DNA of 64,000 nt, from the NCBI GenBank assembly GCA_964016885.1, contig OZ024745.1, positions 99,758,001 through 99,822,000 on the forward strand, in the 5' to 3' direction. The notes under the pieces were generated by a model that worked only from the letters and a program-made list of their open reading frames with translations, was not told the DNA's origin and did not search any database. This stretch comes from Eledone cirrhosa (taxonomy: Eukaryota). Positions 12,761 to 24,112 of the stretch are shown in pieces; the stretch's first letter is position 1, and every line of letters starts with the position of its first letter. The position numbers were made by a program, and so were the translations under genes.

Positions 12761-13319
12761 TTTATATATTTATATATATATATATCTCATCCTCCTCACT
12801 GTTTTATGTCCATTTTCCCACGCTAGCATGTGTTAGATGGGTTGTCCTGATGTGGGCAATACTAGTCAGGTGACCATGTCTTGCCATGTCTAAAGTATAA
12901 AATAATATATTGGTTCTTGAAGTAGAGGAGTATGGAATATTCTGGATTACAAATCAGTGTATAGAATTGATGAAGACATAGGTACACTTGTGTTTATAAA
13001 AGTTATGGAAATGTCACAAAGACAATATGAAATAGTATAAGGAGAAAGAGCTTTAACTTCACTAAAACAACAAAGTAAACTTCAGGGATGTTTGCTGAGA
13101 ATATGAAATACATCCAAGTAGGTAGATGAAATCCTATATGGTGGTTATGTTTCTGGTGTTTTGCTATAGCAATCCTATTATGAAACATTATATCATCTTA
13201 GAAGACACTAAAAGAAGGTAGTTTGAGACATTAAAGTAAATAATACAGTTAAATTTATATCAGGATGTAAAACCATGTATCATATTACTAGTAAAGGAGC
13301 TACAGAAGTTGTTTAGCTC

Positions 13320-13675
13320 AATCATCATAACCGTTTTACGGTTTTGAGGGGGTGGGGCATATTGTCTATATGCTTCAGCTTCGACTTGTACTCAGGGAAG
13401 TTGGGTCTTCTGTATTACTGTGACGCCAGAGGTCACAGTCCTGTGTCATCGCCTTTGAGAGGTGCAATTGGGTAAGGTCGGCTTTTATCACTTCATCCTA
13501 AGTCTTCTTGGATCTCCCCACTCTGCGGCTTCCATCGACTTCTAGTGCTCTGCACCTTTTTATGCAGCTGTCATCCTTCATACGTATCACATGTCCATAC
13601 CAATGCAACCGCCTCTCCTGCACACAGCATTTGATTCCTCCTATGCTCAGTCTCTCTCTCTCAATTCGTTTGCTG
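13320..13675 (-). mobile_element. RTE LINE 3' fragment
   Basis: Reverse complement encodes CCVQERRLHWYGHVIRMKDDSCIKRCRALEVDGSR..PRR. Confidence 0.85.
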
Positions 13676-13884
13676 TAATTGAACAGACATGATTGAAAGG
13701 CCTGTGACCATCCGTTTTTTTTGTATTTCAGGGATTACATTGTCCAGAAGACATTGTCCAGTGCATCATTTAAAAGGTAAGATATGATTTGAGTGAATAC
13801 ACAGATGCCCTGTCATTGGCTCATATAGGAGACATAGACAGAATCATGTGTTCTTTACTTTTATGGATAATAGAAAAACTTAAA

Positions 13885-14091
13885 ATAATGGCACAAGGCC
13901 AGTAATTTGGGGGAAGGGCAAAGTTGATTAAATCGACCCCAGTACATTACTGGTGCTTTATTTCATCGACCCCTGTAAGGATGAAAGGCAAAGTTAACTC
14001 CGGCAGGATTTGAACTCAGAATATAAAGGGCCATAAATATGCTGCAAAGCATGGTGTCTGATGCTCTACCGATACTGCCAATCCACTGCCC
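13885..14091 (-). mobile_element. tRNA-derived SINE, family 1 (long-tail variant)
   Basis: Full head and core, plus an extra ggggtcgatttaatc segment before the tail. Confidence 0.9.
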
Positions 14092-14267
14092 TAGAACAAC
14101 TTACATATGGCCCACAAACTACTTTTCTATGGCCTACAGCAGAACAATTTACATGACCAATATTTCCCTAAAATTTGGTTATGTGTCCCTTGTTCCTTCC
14201 ATACTTGTGCAGCAGCAGGTTTAAGCTTTGAATTTTGCTTTTATTTTCCATTTTAAACCTCATTATT

Positions 14268-14895
14268 TTGGATTGGCAGTATCAGTAGAGGGCCGGATGC
14301 CATGCTTTGCAGCATAGAGTTAAGGCCCTTTATGGTGCGAGTTCAAATCCCGCCGAGGTTAACTTTGCCTTTCATCTCTACCGGGGTCGATAAAATAAAG
14401 TACCAGTAATGTACTGAGATAATTGCTGGCCTTGTGCCAAAAGTAGAAACAATCATTTTCAATAATAGAGGGTAGTAGATTGACAGTATCGGTAGAGCGT
14501 GGGACACCATCCTTTGTAGCATAGAGTCATGGCCCTTTACGTTCTGGGTTCAAATCCCGCTGAGGCTAGTTTAGCATTTCATATTTACGGGGTCTATAAA
14601 ATAAAACACCAGTGATGCACTGGGGTCAATTTAATAAACATTTCCCCACCCATTCAAATTGCCGACCTTGTGCCTAAAGTATAAACATTATTTTAAATTG
14701 GCGGTGGATTGGCAGTATCGGTAGAGGGTTGAATGCCATGCTTTGAAGCATAGAGTTACCTCCCTTTATGATCTGAGTTCAAATCCCGCCGAGGTTAACT
14801 TTGCCCTTCATCCTTACGGGGGGGGGGGGGGGGTCGATAAAATAAAGTACCAGTAATCCACTGGGATAATTGCCTTGTGCCAAAAGTAAAAAAAA
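14268..14895 (+). mobile_element. Three head-to-tail family-1 SINEs (14268-14455, 14470-14690, 14700-14895)
   Basis: Each has the head, B-box and core. Junctions begin with attatttt or atcatttt. Confidence 0.92.
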
Positions 14896-16754
14896 ATTAT
14901 TTTCAATAATCATAGGTAGCATCTGTCATTAGAAATGTGATAATAGAATGGTTAAAAGGAATGTTAGCTGTTATCTCAGTATCAAAACAATCTGAAGTAA
15001 TCAACACAACCTGTTCCTTCAAATCAAATTTAAAACCGTCCTCTGTTGTTGTATAACCCCAGATCAATTGATCAAGCAGACTTATGATCAAAAGCATTCC
15101 AGCCATGATCATTCTATCTTTTTATACATAAAAGACGAATGTACCCTTCTATATTCAAGATGGTGGGAGAAATTTGACATATATTTGGCTGATTTTTCAA
15201 GCAAGTTGAATGTGGCGTAGTGATTAGAGTACTGGCATCACAATCATAAGGTCAGTCTCAATTCCTGGAGCAGATAGCACATTATGCTCTAGAATAAGAC
15301 ACTTCATAACAATACCAGAGTTCCTAGCATTAAAACACCCAAGAAACTTCTTAGAACTTTTAAACCTGGTATGTGCTGTAAATCTAATTTCATCTTTGTA
15401 CTTCCTTTCATGTTGAATGACTCCATCAAAATTTCTTTATTGGCTCAATGTACACTGTATCAATCACACTGGTACAGAGAGAGTTACACCCCCCCCCCCC
15501 CCAAAAAAAAACCCATCTATATTCTCCTTTACTTATCTATGTAATAATCAAATAACATTTTTTATCTGAATCAGAAAATAGAGCAGGCCATCTTGTGTAT
15601 CAAGAGTATACATAGTTTACAAATATATATCTCTATTGTAAACAAAAACAAATAATATTTATGAGATGATCTGACAGTCATTATTTCCTCTAAAGTGAAA
15701 TTATGCCAATTAATTATCAATTTAGTCTCATAAACACATTTAATCATGTCACGCCTTGTGAATGAATAAGTTTTCACAAAGCCTGTTCATCCCGCAAAAA
15801 AAAAAAAAAAAAAAAAAAGCAGCAACAATTAATTCAGACAATGAGATCATATTTTAGATGAAATACACTGTTTCAATTTGGAATTTAATAAAATTACGAA
15901 TTTATTCATCAACCCTGGCCAAACCAACTCTGGTTCTATGAAGGTTTCCAATTTAAATTTAAATAATCCAACAATTTTATATAAGAACCTTACATTAATT
16001 TACTATCTTACTAATGAAATAATAATTTTGGTAAATCCCTCAAAACCCTTCATTAATTAAAATAGAGTGTATTCCATTAGAAATACAATCATGAAATGGT
16101 TAAGTTTGTGTTTGGAACATTACAAAAGGTTCTTAAATAAAATTATGATGAAAGGTTTTACTTCAAATACACTTTAAAACAGACAGTTTTATACTATAGA
16201 ATGAAGGGTGTTCTCAAACAGGTTGGTATTAAAAGGGTTAAAACAACAAATGACTTAGACTTCTATTCAGAAGATATCTTCATATAAAGATATATGCTGA
16301 CACTCCTTAATAGTGATAAGAAAACATCCTAAAAAATTATAAAATAATTTAATTATTGCCTTTACTATAAAAGCAGGAGTATTTACAGAAACAAGACTGT
16401 TCGTGAGAAAAACTAAACCAGACTTTGTGAGAGAAACTAAAACAAAGTAACAATTTCATATTTTTTATCATAGCTGTTTCATATTAGACAAAATTAGGTG
16501 GGGCAGAGTTTTGTTTTTAATTTTATTAAATTAATATTATGGATTTACTATCAACTTAGGTCACATGCTTTAAATGTTTTTATATGGGGATCCCAAATCA
16601 GTAAATTAACCAACTAAAACAATCTTTATCATGGTATCATTACATTTCCATTTATTCCATGTAATTCATGTCCAGAGATATTGCTTGGTTTTGTAATGTG
16701 TTTAGTGTATCAGCAAGATTTGTTATGTGCTGGCACACTCCCACTTAGTTTTTG

Positions 16755-17630
16755 TCATTGGCTAGCGGAAATAGGAAATAAAAAGGTGGGTCTTCCCTTG
16801 TACATAACCTCTCCAGAAAGACGACTTAAATACTACCTCCCCGTAGTAATGGATACTTGCAGTCCTCGGGTAACCCTACCAAAGACTCGATGGTGGTCTT
16901 CCCAGAGAGATGTGACATATAGGTCACTGTTGAGTACCTTAGTGTCCATCAACATATCTTCAGCTATGAGCCGAATAGTCCCGCTGCCTTAAGGGAAACA
17001 AATCCTGATAGAAATATCAGACTGGAGCCTCGACTGTTTAGTAGCTTTTCTGATAACTTTTGCAACCAAACTGTTACTAGAGGTATTACTGTTGCTTTCT
17101 TTTGGACTACAACAGTGAAGGTGCATGGACAACTTATGACTTCCATAGAACTGTCCAGACTATTGGATTTTTTTCTCTCTTTCTTTTGTTCTCTCTCACC
17201 ATAGAACATGACACTCCATCTCTGTAGAACAAAGGCATAACATGGGCAGTAATAATTATAAGTTATAAGTCTTGCCTGAAAGGAACACCATGAGACAAGA
17301 TAGCTCCACTGAACAGCTACCACCTGGCCAAAGCTTGTGAATCCCCTGCCAGTAGTGTGATGATTTGTTACAGTTTGGCTGCTTCTTTTGGTGTAAGGAG
17401 CTTAGTGCTAGGGCTCGAGAACTAGACTAAACTAGTGTACCAAACGACACATGGAAATATTCAAAGTTTCCAGAACTTTGAAGAACAAGTTGGAATGTTA
17501 GAATTATGATGCCAGGGTTGACTGAAACTATCATCTGACATGCAAAATAGATGTGAATAATGGTGAACTAGCATGATTAAATAAATGCAGATATTGCTGC
17601 ATGCCAAGAGCAAGACTTGTGTATGATGGC
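16755..17630 (-). other. CpG-retaining, GC-richer non-repetitive island; candidate host exon(s)
   Basis: About ten CpGs in a CpG-poor background. Acceptor-like sites ttatgttatag (~17630) and ttgttctacag (17222). One frame 17126-16755 has two internal stops. No family recognised. Confidence 0.3.
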
Positions 17631-18208
17631 CTATAACATAAGAAACAGTAAATTTTCTTCTGGGAAAGAAAGAAAAGAAAAAAGATTGACACTAGGCTTG
17701 CAGTAAAGACATCACTTTTACCAATAATAGAATCATCCAGTAGTGAAACATAGATGATATATGTCAGATGAGAGAGTAAGTTCAATGCCTGTCACATGTG
17801 AAGACAAGGTCATCAATTGAGGTCATCATCAATAAATGTCCATTTTCCCTGCTAGCAAGGCTTAGCAGAAAAGGATCTAAGACAATATTTGCGGTAATCA
17901 GTAAACATACCTGGGTAGGAAGAGAGAGAGAGAGAAAAGATAGAGAAAGCAATTTCCATTATCTTCTAAGGCAGACAGAGTTCAAATATGATGCAATTTA
18001 AATGGTCAACTGGTTAAGACGTTTGATATCTCATGATATTTTCATATTCTAGCAGAAGCAACAGTTTTTACATTACAAGCTTCAACTTTCAAGAAGTTCT
18101 GGGAAAAGAATCATCAGAAGTGTGGGTCAAGCATATCCACAGACACAATCTTGAACTATAAGGATAATCTAGTCTAAAAAGTCAGTTTGTCTTGAGCTTG
18201 GATGCTCA

Positions 18209-18463
18209 TCTAGCCAGTGCTTATCCCGGTTTCCATGGTGTGAAGTGACAGAATACATGACTCCCCCTGGACAGGATGCCAGTCCATTGTAGGATTAAAT
18301 CCCCCAGCTAGTGCTGGTACTCATTTCAGCTGAGTGTACTGGAGCAACATGAAAATGAAGTGTTTTGCTCAAAGACACAACACACATCCCAGCCCAGGAA
18401 TCAAACTCATGACATTATGATCATAGGTCCAACCAACACCCTTACCACTAGACCACATGCTTC
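18209..18463 (-). mobile_element. tRNA-derived SINE with a V-domain-like body
   Basis: tRNA-like head (gcatgtggtctagtggtaagggtg..gagtttgattcc) and a ggactggcatcctgtccaggggg block resembling V-SINE cores. Head-only copies near 15215(+), 41277(-) and 58440(-). Confidence 0.65.
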
Positions 18464-18889
18464 CACATCGGGGTAATAGGGAATCATAACCGACATGAGA
18501 TTTGCCTGGTTTTATAGATAAAATAAATGTCAAGCTACTACAATAATTGTACACCATTAACTTAGATATGGTAAACAATAGTTACATTTGGTGCAATTGA
18601 ATGGTCTGTAAGAGCTCTCAAATATATGTGAAAAGGTATTATAGAATTACAACCAGGATTAGCAACACAATATTAATGCACTGAATCCGAAACCATATCT
18701 CTTGATCTATTATATGTAAATAGAGAAAGACATGAAAGATCTACAAAAGTTTGGAGATTAAGCAAAAGAGAAAAGGTTAAGTATTAATCTATACTATAAT
18801 TATTTCTACCTTTGGCACAAGTAAAATCTTAAATAGTAACCGAGAGATAGTATTTTATAATCAGGGTAAGATTTTTATTCTCACTCTGT

Positions 18890-18918
18890 ATAGAGAGAGA
18901 GAGAGAAAGAGAGAGAAT

Positions 18919-18957
<39 letters not shown>
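18890..18957. repeat. (GA)n(GT)n compound microsatellite
   Basis: Directly visible. Confidence 0.95.
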
Positions 18958-18958
<1 letters not shown>

Positions 18959-20026
18959 AAAAGAGATAGATAGGTAGAGAGAGTTGTCACCACAATAATG
19001 AGTTGATTGAAAATGCAGAAATTTTAAATGCAAGTCTGTCAACACATGTGGAACCCGTGCGTGTGTATGTGTGTGTCCTACATAATAAAATACACCTTGT
19101 ACGCCCTGTAAAGTGGTTAGTATTAGGAAGGGCATCCAGTTGTAAAAACCATACCAAAAATGGGACATGTGAGCAAGACATGATAACTTGTTCAGCCAAT
19201 GGTAGTATGGAAAAGGGAATGTAAAATGATAAATCTACAAAATTGAAAAAAAATAATTTAAAGGAGACTGTAATTTATCAATGAACATTATGGAGACCAT
19301 CAATTACCCCCCCCCCCCCCCTTCTCCTTGCCACAACCCCCCCCCCCCCCCCCATAATGACATTCAGTAAAAAAAAAAAAAAAATCATTTGAGGATAAAA
19401 ATTGCGTCTTTTTTAATATATGTTCTTTCCCATGGTCCTGGCTTTATGTGAATGTTCTTCATTGAACTTGAGAAAGGAATTTAAACCATCAACTAGAATT
19501 ACTAATTGAAATAATTAGTTAAAACCTGCTATAGAGTGCCATAGGAGTGTATTTCTGCGAGGTTTTACAATAGGTCATTCTATTGTTAGCCAAAACAGAA
19601 CTGATTTATTTTCTAACTCACCAATCCCAAGCAAAAGTTTAAAGAAATCTACATTTGATTGGTAGAACTGATGTGTATAAAAATAAAAAAATAATCTGCA
19701 TACTTAATCAGAACCATGTAAATATTGATAAAATAGGCCAAAAATGTATCAAATTAAATCCCTTAACTGCTTCAATCTTTTCGGGTGAAATAAGTGCATA
19801 GTTAGGGGAATTACATAGCAGCAAAATAACCGAAAAGCAGTAAATTAGACCAAAATATACATACATGTACAAACAGAAATATATATTTCTAAAAGTGATA
19901 CTGAATTTTATAAGGAAATTATTGGCTTATCTTAACCCTTTTGATACCAAACTACGTCATACAAACCTCTTCCTTTCTGTTTTTTCTACAGTGCTAAGTA
20001 AATTTGTTATCTAGCTTCTTTAGTTA

Positions 20027-20201
20027 CCGTATTTTCCGGTGTCGAAGACGCTTTTTTCCTAAAATAAGTCTCAAAAATCTACCATGTGTCATGGAGGCAG
20101 AAGGTTGCATTTTTATGTCTATTAATTTTTTTTTTATATTTGATTGTTAAAATTAGGGTGCTTCCTTGAGGATGAAACGTCTTCAGCACCGGGAAATACA
20201 G
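20027..20201. mobile_element. Tc1/mariner-superfamily (pogo/Tc2-like) MITE, 175 bp
   Basis: TA TSD at 20025-20026 and 20202-20203. 24-bp TIRs ccgtattttccggtgtcgaagacg / cgtcttcagcaccgggaaatacag (20/24 match). Confidence 0.85.
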
Positions 20202-20866
20202 TAATCTTGCTCTTTGTTTCTCTCAGTTATCCATTCTTTTCATGCCTGTCTTAACTTTAACCCTTTAACATTGTGGGTGTGTGGTGGTTATCCCTTGCTG
20301 GTTCGGTTTGTCTTATGGTAACAACTCTCTGTACCTGGGAATGTATGAGTGCTTGATGACAATAAAAAGGGTTCTTACACTCAACTAGGCTGGCCATCTG
20401 ACTACCATGCACATCACTGACAATATTAGCCATGTATATGCAATTATTTTTAATACTGTATGTTGTGCTAGTCATGATTTTTTGGCTGGATGCCCTTTTA
20501 ACATGTTTCTAAAAACCTATCATAATTTTATCAAGATATGATATGCCCCAAACATCAAATAAAAAGAAAGATAACTATATTATTAAATTCTTCCAAATTC
20601 TTGATTATTTTCAAAATTATTTGAAAATTATAGGCAGTGTCTTTCACTAAAAATATAATAACATGATTTGGAAGATGAAATTTATTTTATATATAATTGC
20701 ATCAAAAGGATTTTAAAAAGTACCACATTTTTCTTTGATCTCAAAATCTGCTTGCACATTTAAATAAAGTTATTTAAGTAAAGCTGAATACCAACTTTTT
20801 TTCCTAAATGTTTTCCTTCAAAATAAGGTTGTATATAGAATTAAGTGTTAGCAATAGTCTGTTTAA

Positions 20867-21074
20867 CCCTTTAGCATTTAAACTGGCCATATCCGGCCAG
20901 AATTCTCTCACCTCTTTCTATTCAAACTGGCTGTAGCTGGCCACTCATACTGATGTTAATGTACTATTCTCAAAATAAATACCATGAAAATCTTGTAGAT
21001 TCAATATTATGTGAGATAAAGCCTTTAGCAGAAAAATACAATAGTATATATAGATTAATGTAAATGCTAAAGGA
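20867..21074 (-). mobile_element. piggyBac-type MITE, family A (reverse orientation)
   Basis: TTAA|ccctttagcattta ... taaatgctaaagga|TTAA. Confidence 0.88.
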
Positions 21075-21318
21075 TTAAACTTAGCCAATAAATGTAAAAA
21101 GCAGAAGGGAAAAAGAAATTCCTAAGTTGACATTAAATGCCAATATTTGAAATATATAGTAAAACTAACTAGATAATATTACCTGGAATTTCATAATCTA
21201 AGAACTAATATGAACTGAATAGTATTGTTAAAACAGAGTGTGTAGGTTTAAAAAAAAAAAAAAAAATTTAATTTTCAATAAATTTTATTGAAATTCTTTA
21301 CATGTAAATTTCTGCAGG

Positions 21319-21504
21319 AAACCATTTATATAAATTATTAGGCCCACAGGTAAAAAAATACTGTGCTAGGCAGGGGCGTAATTTCACTGCTTGCCATAGG
21401 CGCTATTTTCCCTAGTTATGCCTCTGACTCAGATATTGTACATTCAACTTGAATACACTTCTCATTCACATACAGCTGTTTCTTTATTGATAGCTCATAT
21501 TTAC
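21319..21504. repeat. 186-bp perfect direct duplicate of 22171-22356
   Basis: Identical by eye from aaaccatttatataaatt to gctcatatttac, offset 852 bp. Confidence 0.93.
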
Positions 21505-21994
21505 TGTTTCTTGATCTTCTGATAAATATCAGAATAAAGTACATATTGATGTATGTGAGAAAATGCATGAAGGTGCATATGTACAACAAAAAATATGCTC
21601 TTCCTTGATGCCTCCAGTATAACATTTCCCTACAAAGTTTCATTTTCTTTTTTTTTTTTAAATCGAAAGTGAAAAGGTCAAATCCATCCAGCATTACTAA
21701 CAGACTTTTTTTTATATATATCATATCAAACCCATGACAGCATTCAGAACACACAAAAAAAGGTTAAAAGTTTTAAAACTGGTGTGCAAAATTAACTGCA
21801 CTTTCAATGCTTGACACATATTTACTATAGAACATCCAAGCTATCAATTACACTGTTCATAGCTATATTAATCTTTCTAGTAGTAAAATAAAAAACAAAA
21901 ATTAAAAAGTAAATAAATAAATAAAAAAATTCAATACTTTTACATTATCACAAATGCTTTTTTTTTTTAACACACCATCTTTACACACTCAGAT

Positions 21995-22278
21995 CAGAGG
22001 CATAACTAGAGTATGGCAAGCATGGCACGTGCCATGTGCCCCACTTGAACTAGGAGCACAGTCTATTAAAATCAAATAAGCCTTGTCAGAGAGTGAAAAA
22101 AGAAACTCCTTCAGATGTATGATCTGTCTCTGTTTATCATGGGTGAGAACACTATGGTGGCTGGATCATTAAACCATTTATATAAATTATTAGGCCCACA
22201 GGTAAAAAAATACTGTGCTAGGCAGGGGCGTAATTTCACTGCTTGCCATAGGCGCTATTTTCCCTAGTTATGCCTCTG
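21995..22278. mobile_element. hAT-type MITE, 284 bp
   Basis: Perfect 15-bp TIR cagaggcataactag / ctagttatgcctctg and perfect 8-bp TSD actcagat (21987-21994, 22279-22286). Confidence 0.93.
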
Positions 22279-22363
22279 ACTCAGATATTGTACATTCAAC
22301 TTGAATACACTTCTCATTCACATACAGCTGTTTCTTTATTGATAGCTCATATTTACAGTTTAA

Positions 22364-22545
22364 CCCTTCAGTATTTACATTACTCTATATTTTCTATTGT
22401 ATTTTCATGGTAAAGGCTTTACCTCGCTTTGATATTTATTTTGAGAACAATCCCTTAACATTAGTATGAGTGGCCAATTACACCTGGTTTGAACAGAAAG
22501 AGGTGAGAGAATTCTGGCCAGTTACAGCTGGTTTAAATCCTAAAG
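22364..22545 (+). mobile_element. piggyBac-type MITE, family A (internally deleted)
   Basis: TTAA|cccttcagtattta start, colinear interior, damaged right end. Confidence 0.75.
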
Positions 22546-23096
22546 TAAATCTTTAATCTTAACTATTATCCAAGTAAATCTTTAATCTTAACTCTTGTTA
22601 AACTGTCCTACACACCACACAGAACTCCCTACTGAGAGAAAATGATTGTTTAGTTGTAATCTGTCCAGTTAATCAAGTTCAAAATTTGATGTTTCAAAAT
22701 TTTGTTTTCACCATTCCAACATGGAAAAATAGTCATAAAATTGATGCTGATGATGAAGCCAAATCTCTTGGCAAACAATAACAAAAATTCAAGGAAATAA
22801 GGAAATAGAGATGGTGTCCACACCCCTCTAAAAAGAGTCATAATAAAATTTATAAAATTTAGTAAACTTGCATGTTAACCCTTTTGAAATCACCCTAGAT
22901 TTATAAAACTGCTCATTTTAATATGTTTATCCTCCTATTAAAACTTTCCATCATAATATTTTTTAAATGTTTGTTAAATAATGTTCTAAGTATCAGCCTA
23001 CTAATGAAAACTTATTAAATTCCTCCAAATTTTTGGTTATTTTTCAAAATGAACTGAGAAACATATGCAGAGCATATTATTAGAAACATGGTGAAA

Positions 23097-23298
23097 GGGC
23101 GGTGGATTGGTAATATTGGTAGCGGGTCAGACGCCATGCTTTGCAGCATAGAGTTATAACCCTTTACAGTCTGAGTTTAAATGCCGCCAAGGTTAACTTT
23201 GCCTTTCATCCTTACGGGGGGGGGGGGGGGGGGGTTGATAAAATAAAGTACCACTAATGCACTGGGTAATTACTGGCCTTGTGCCAAAAGTAGAAATA
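23097..23298 (+). mobile_element. tRNA-derived SINE, family 1, with expanded G-run
   Basis: Full head, core and tail. TSD attattagaaacatggtgaaa (23076-23096) versus attattagaaata|tggtaaca (23299-23311 plus 23781-23788). Confidence 0.92.
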
Positions 23299-23311
23299 AT
23301 TATTAGAAATA

Positions 23312-23780
23312 CTAGCAGAAAAACCACCCTTTGGGTGGTTTTCTGCTAGCATGTGTAGTGTGTATATTGATATTATATGCAATATAATGTATATATGCAT
23401 GTAGATATGATACATCAAATAAAATCGTAATTGACAATATACACAGAAATTGAACGAAGAATATGTAATCAGTAACGTAATCCATGATACATTAAAAAAA
23501 AGACGATATTATATATAAACTGCATTAGGAGAAAATTAGTGACAGAAATATATGATTAGTTATTTAAATGATCACTAATTGGAAGTTAGTGAAAATTTTA
23601 AAGAAGTGAATCTTTAAATAAGTAATAAAATATATTTAATGAATAGCCACGAAATTTAGTAGATAAATTATGTAATATTCATTCATTATTTATTCAAAGT
23701 AATCCAACTTATTTTACTAAGGGGATAAAAAAATATAAACCATACACAGTCCCGCACTTCTTACTTTATTATAGTTTAGA
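23312..23780 (-). mobile_element. Non-autonomous Helitron, 469 bp
   Basis: Minus strand 5'-TCTAAACTATAATAAAG ... hairpin ... CTAG-3', inserted between A and T with no TSD. Removing it restores gaaata|tggtaac. Confidence 0.9.
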
Positions 23781-23859
23781 TGGTAACAAAAGGGTTAATT
23801 TTCGGTCAACTCTGATCAAGCTGACCTATGAGTAAATCCATTCTTGTAATGACCAATTT

Positions 23860-24112
23860 GAGTATGTGTGCATATGTGCATAAGAGTTTATGTATGAGTG
23901 AATACAGGTGCATCCGTATCTGCATACTTGCACATGTGCATATGTATGCATGTGTGTGATGTGTGAGTGGATGAATGAATGTGAGTAATATGGGCTAGCA
24001 AAGGAGTGCATGTGTGCATGAACACGTGCATAAGTACTAACATCTGTGTATGCATATTAGTATGTGTGTGTCTACAAGCTTGTATGTTTATATGAGAATG
24101 CGTGCGTGTGTT
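23860..24112. repeat. Degenerate (TG/TGCA)n low-complexity tract
   Basis: Directly visible; source of the His/Thr-rich ORFs. Confidence 0.85.

Larger units (their letters stand above)
22879..23794. mobile_element. piggyBac-type MITE, family B, hosting a nested SINE and Helitron
   Basis: TTAA|cccttttg ... caaaaggg|TTAA (22875-22878, 23795-23798). Confidence 0.8.

Noticed and set aside
14903-15112. 69-aa ORF with a signal-peptide-like start
   Set aside because: Its N-terminus is the antisense of a dispersed repeat (15045-15210); no splice or homology support.
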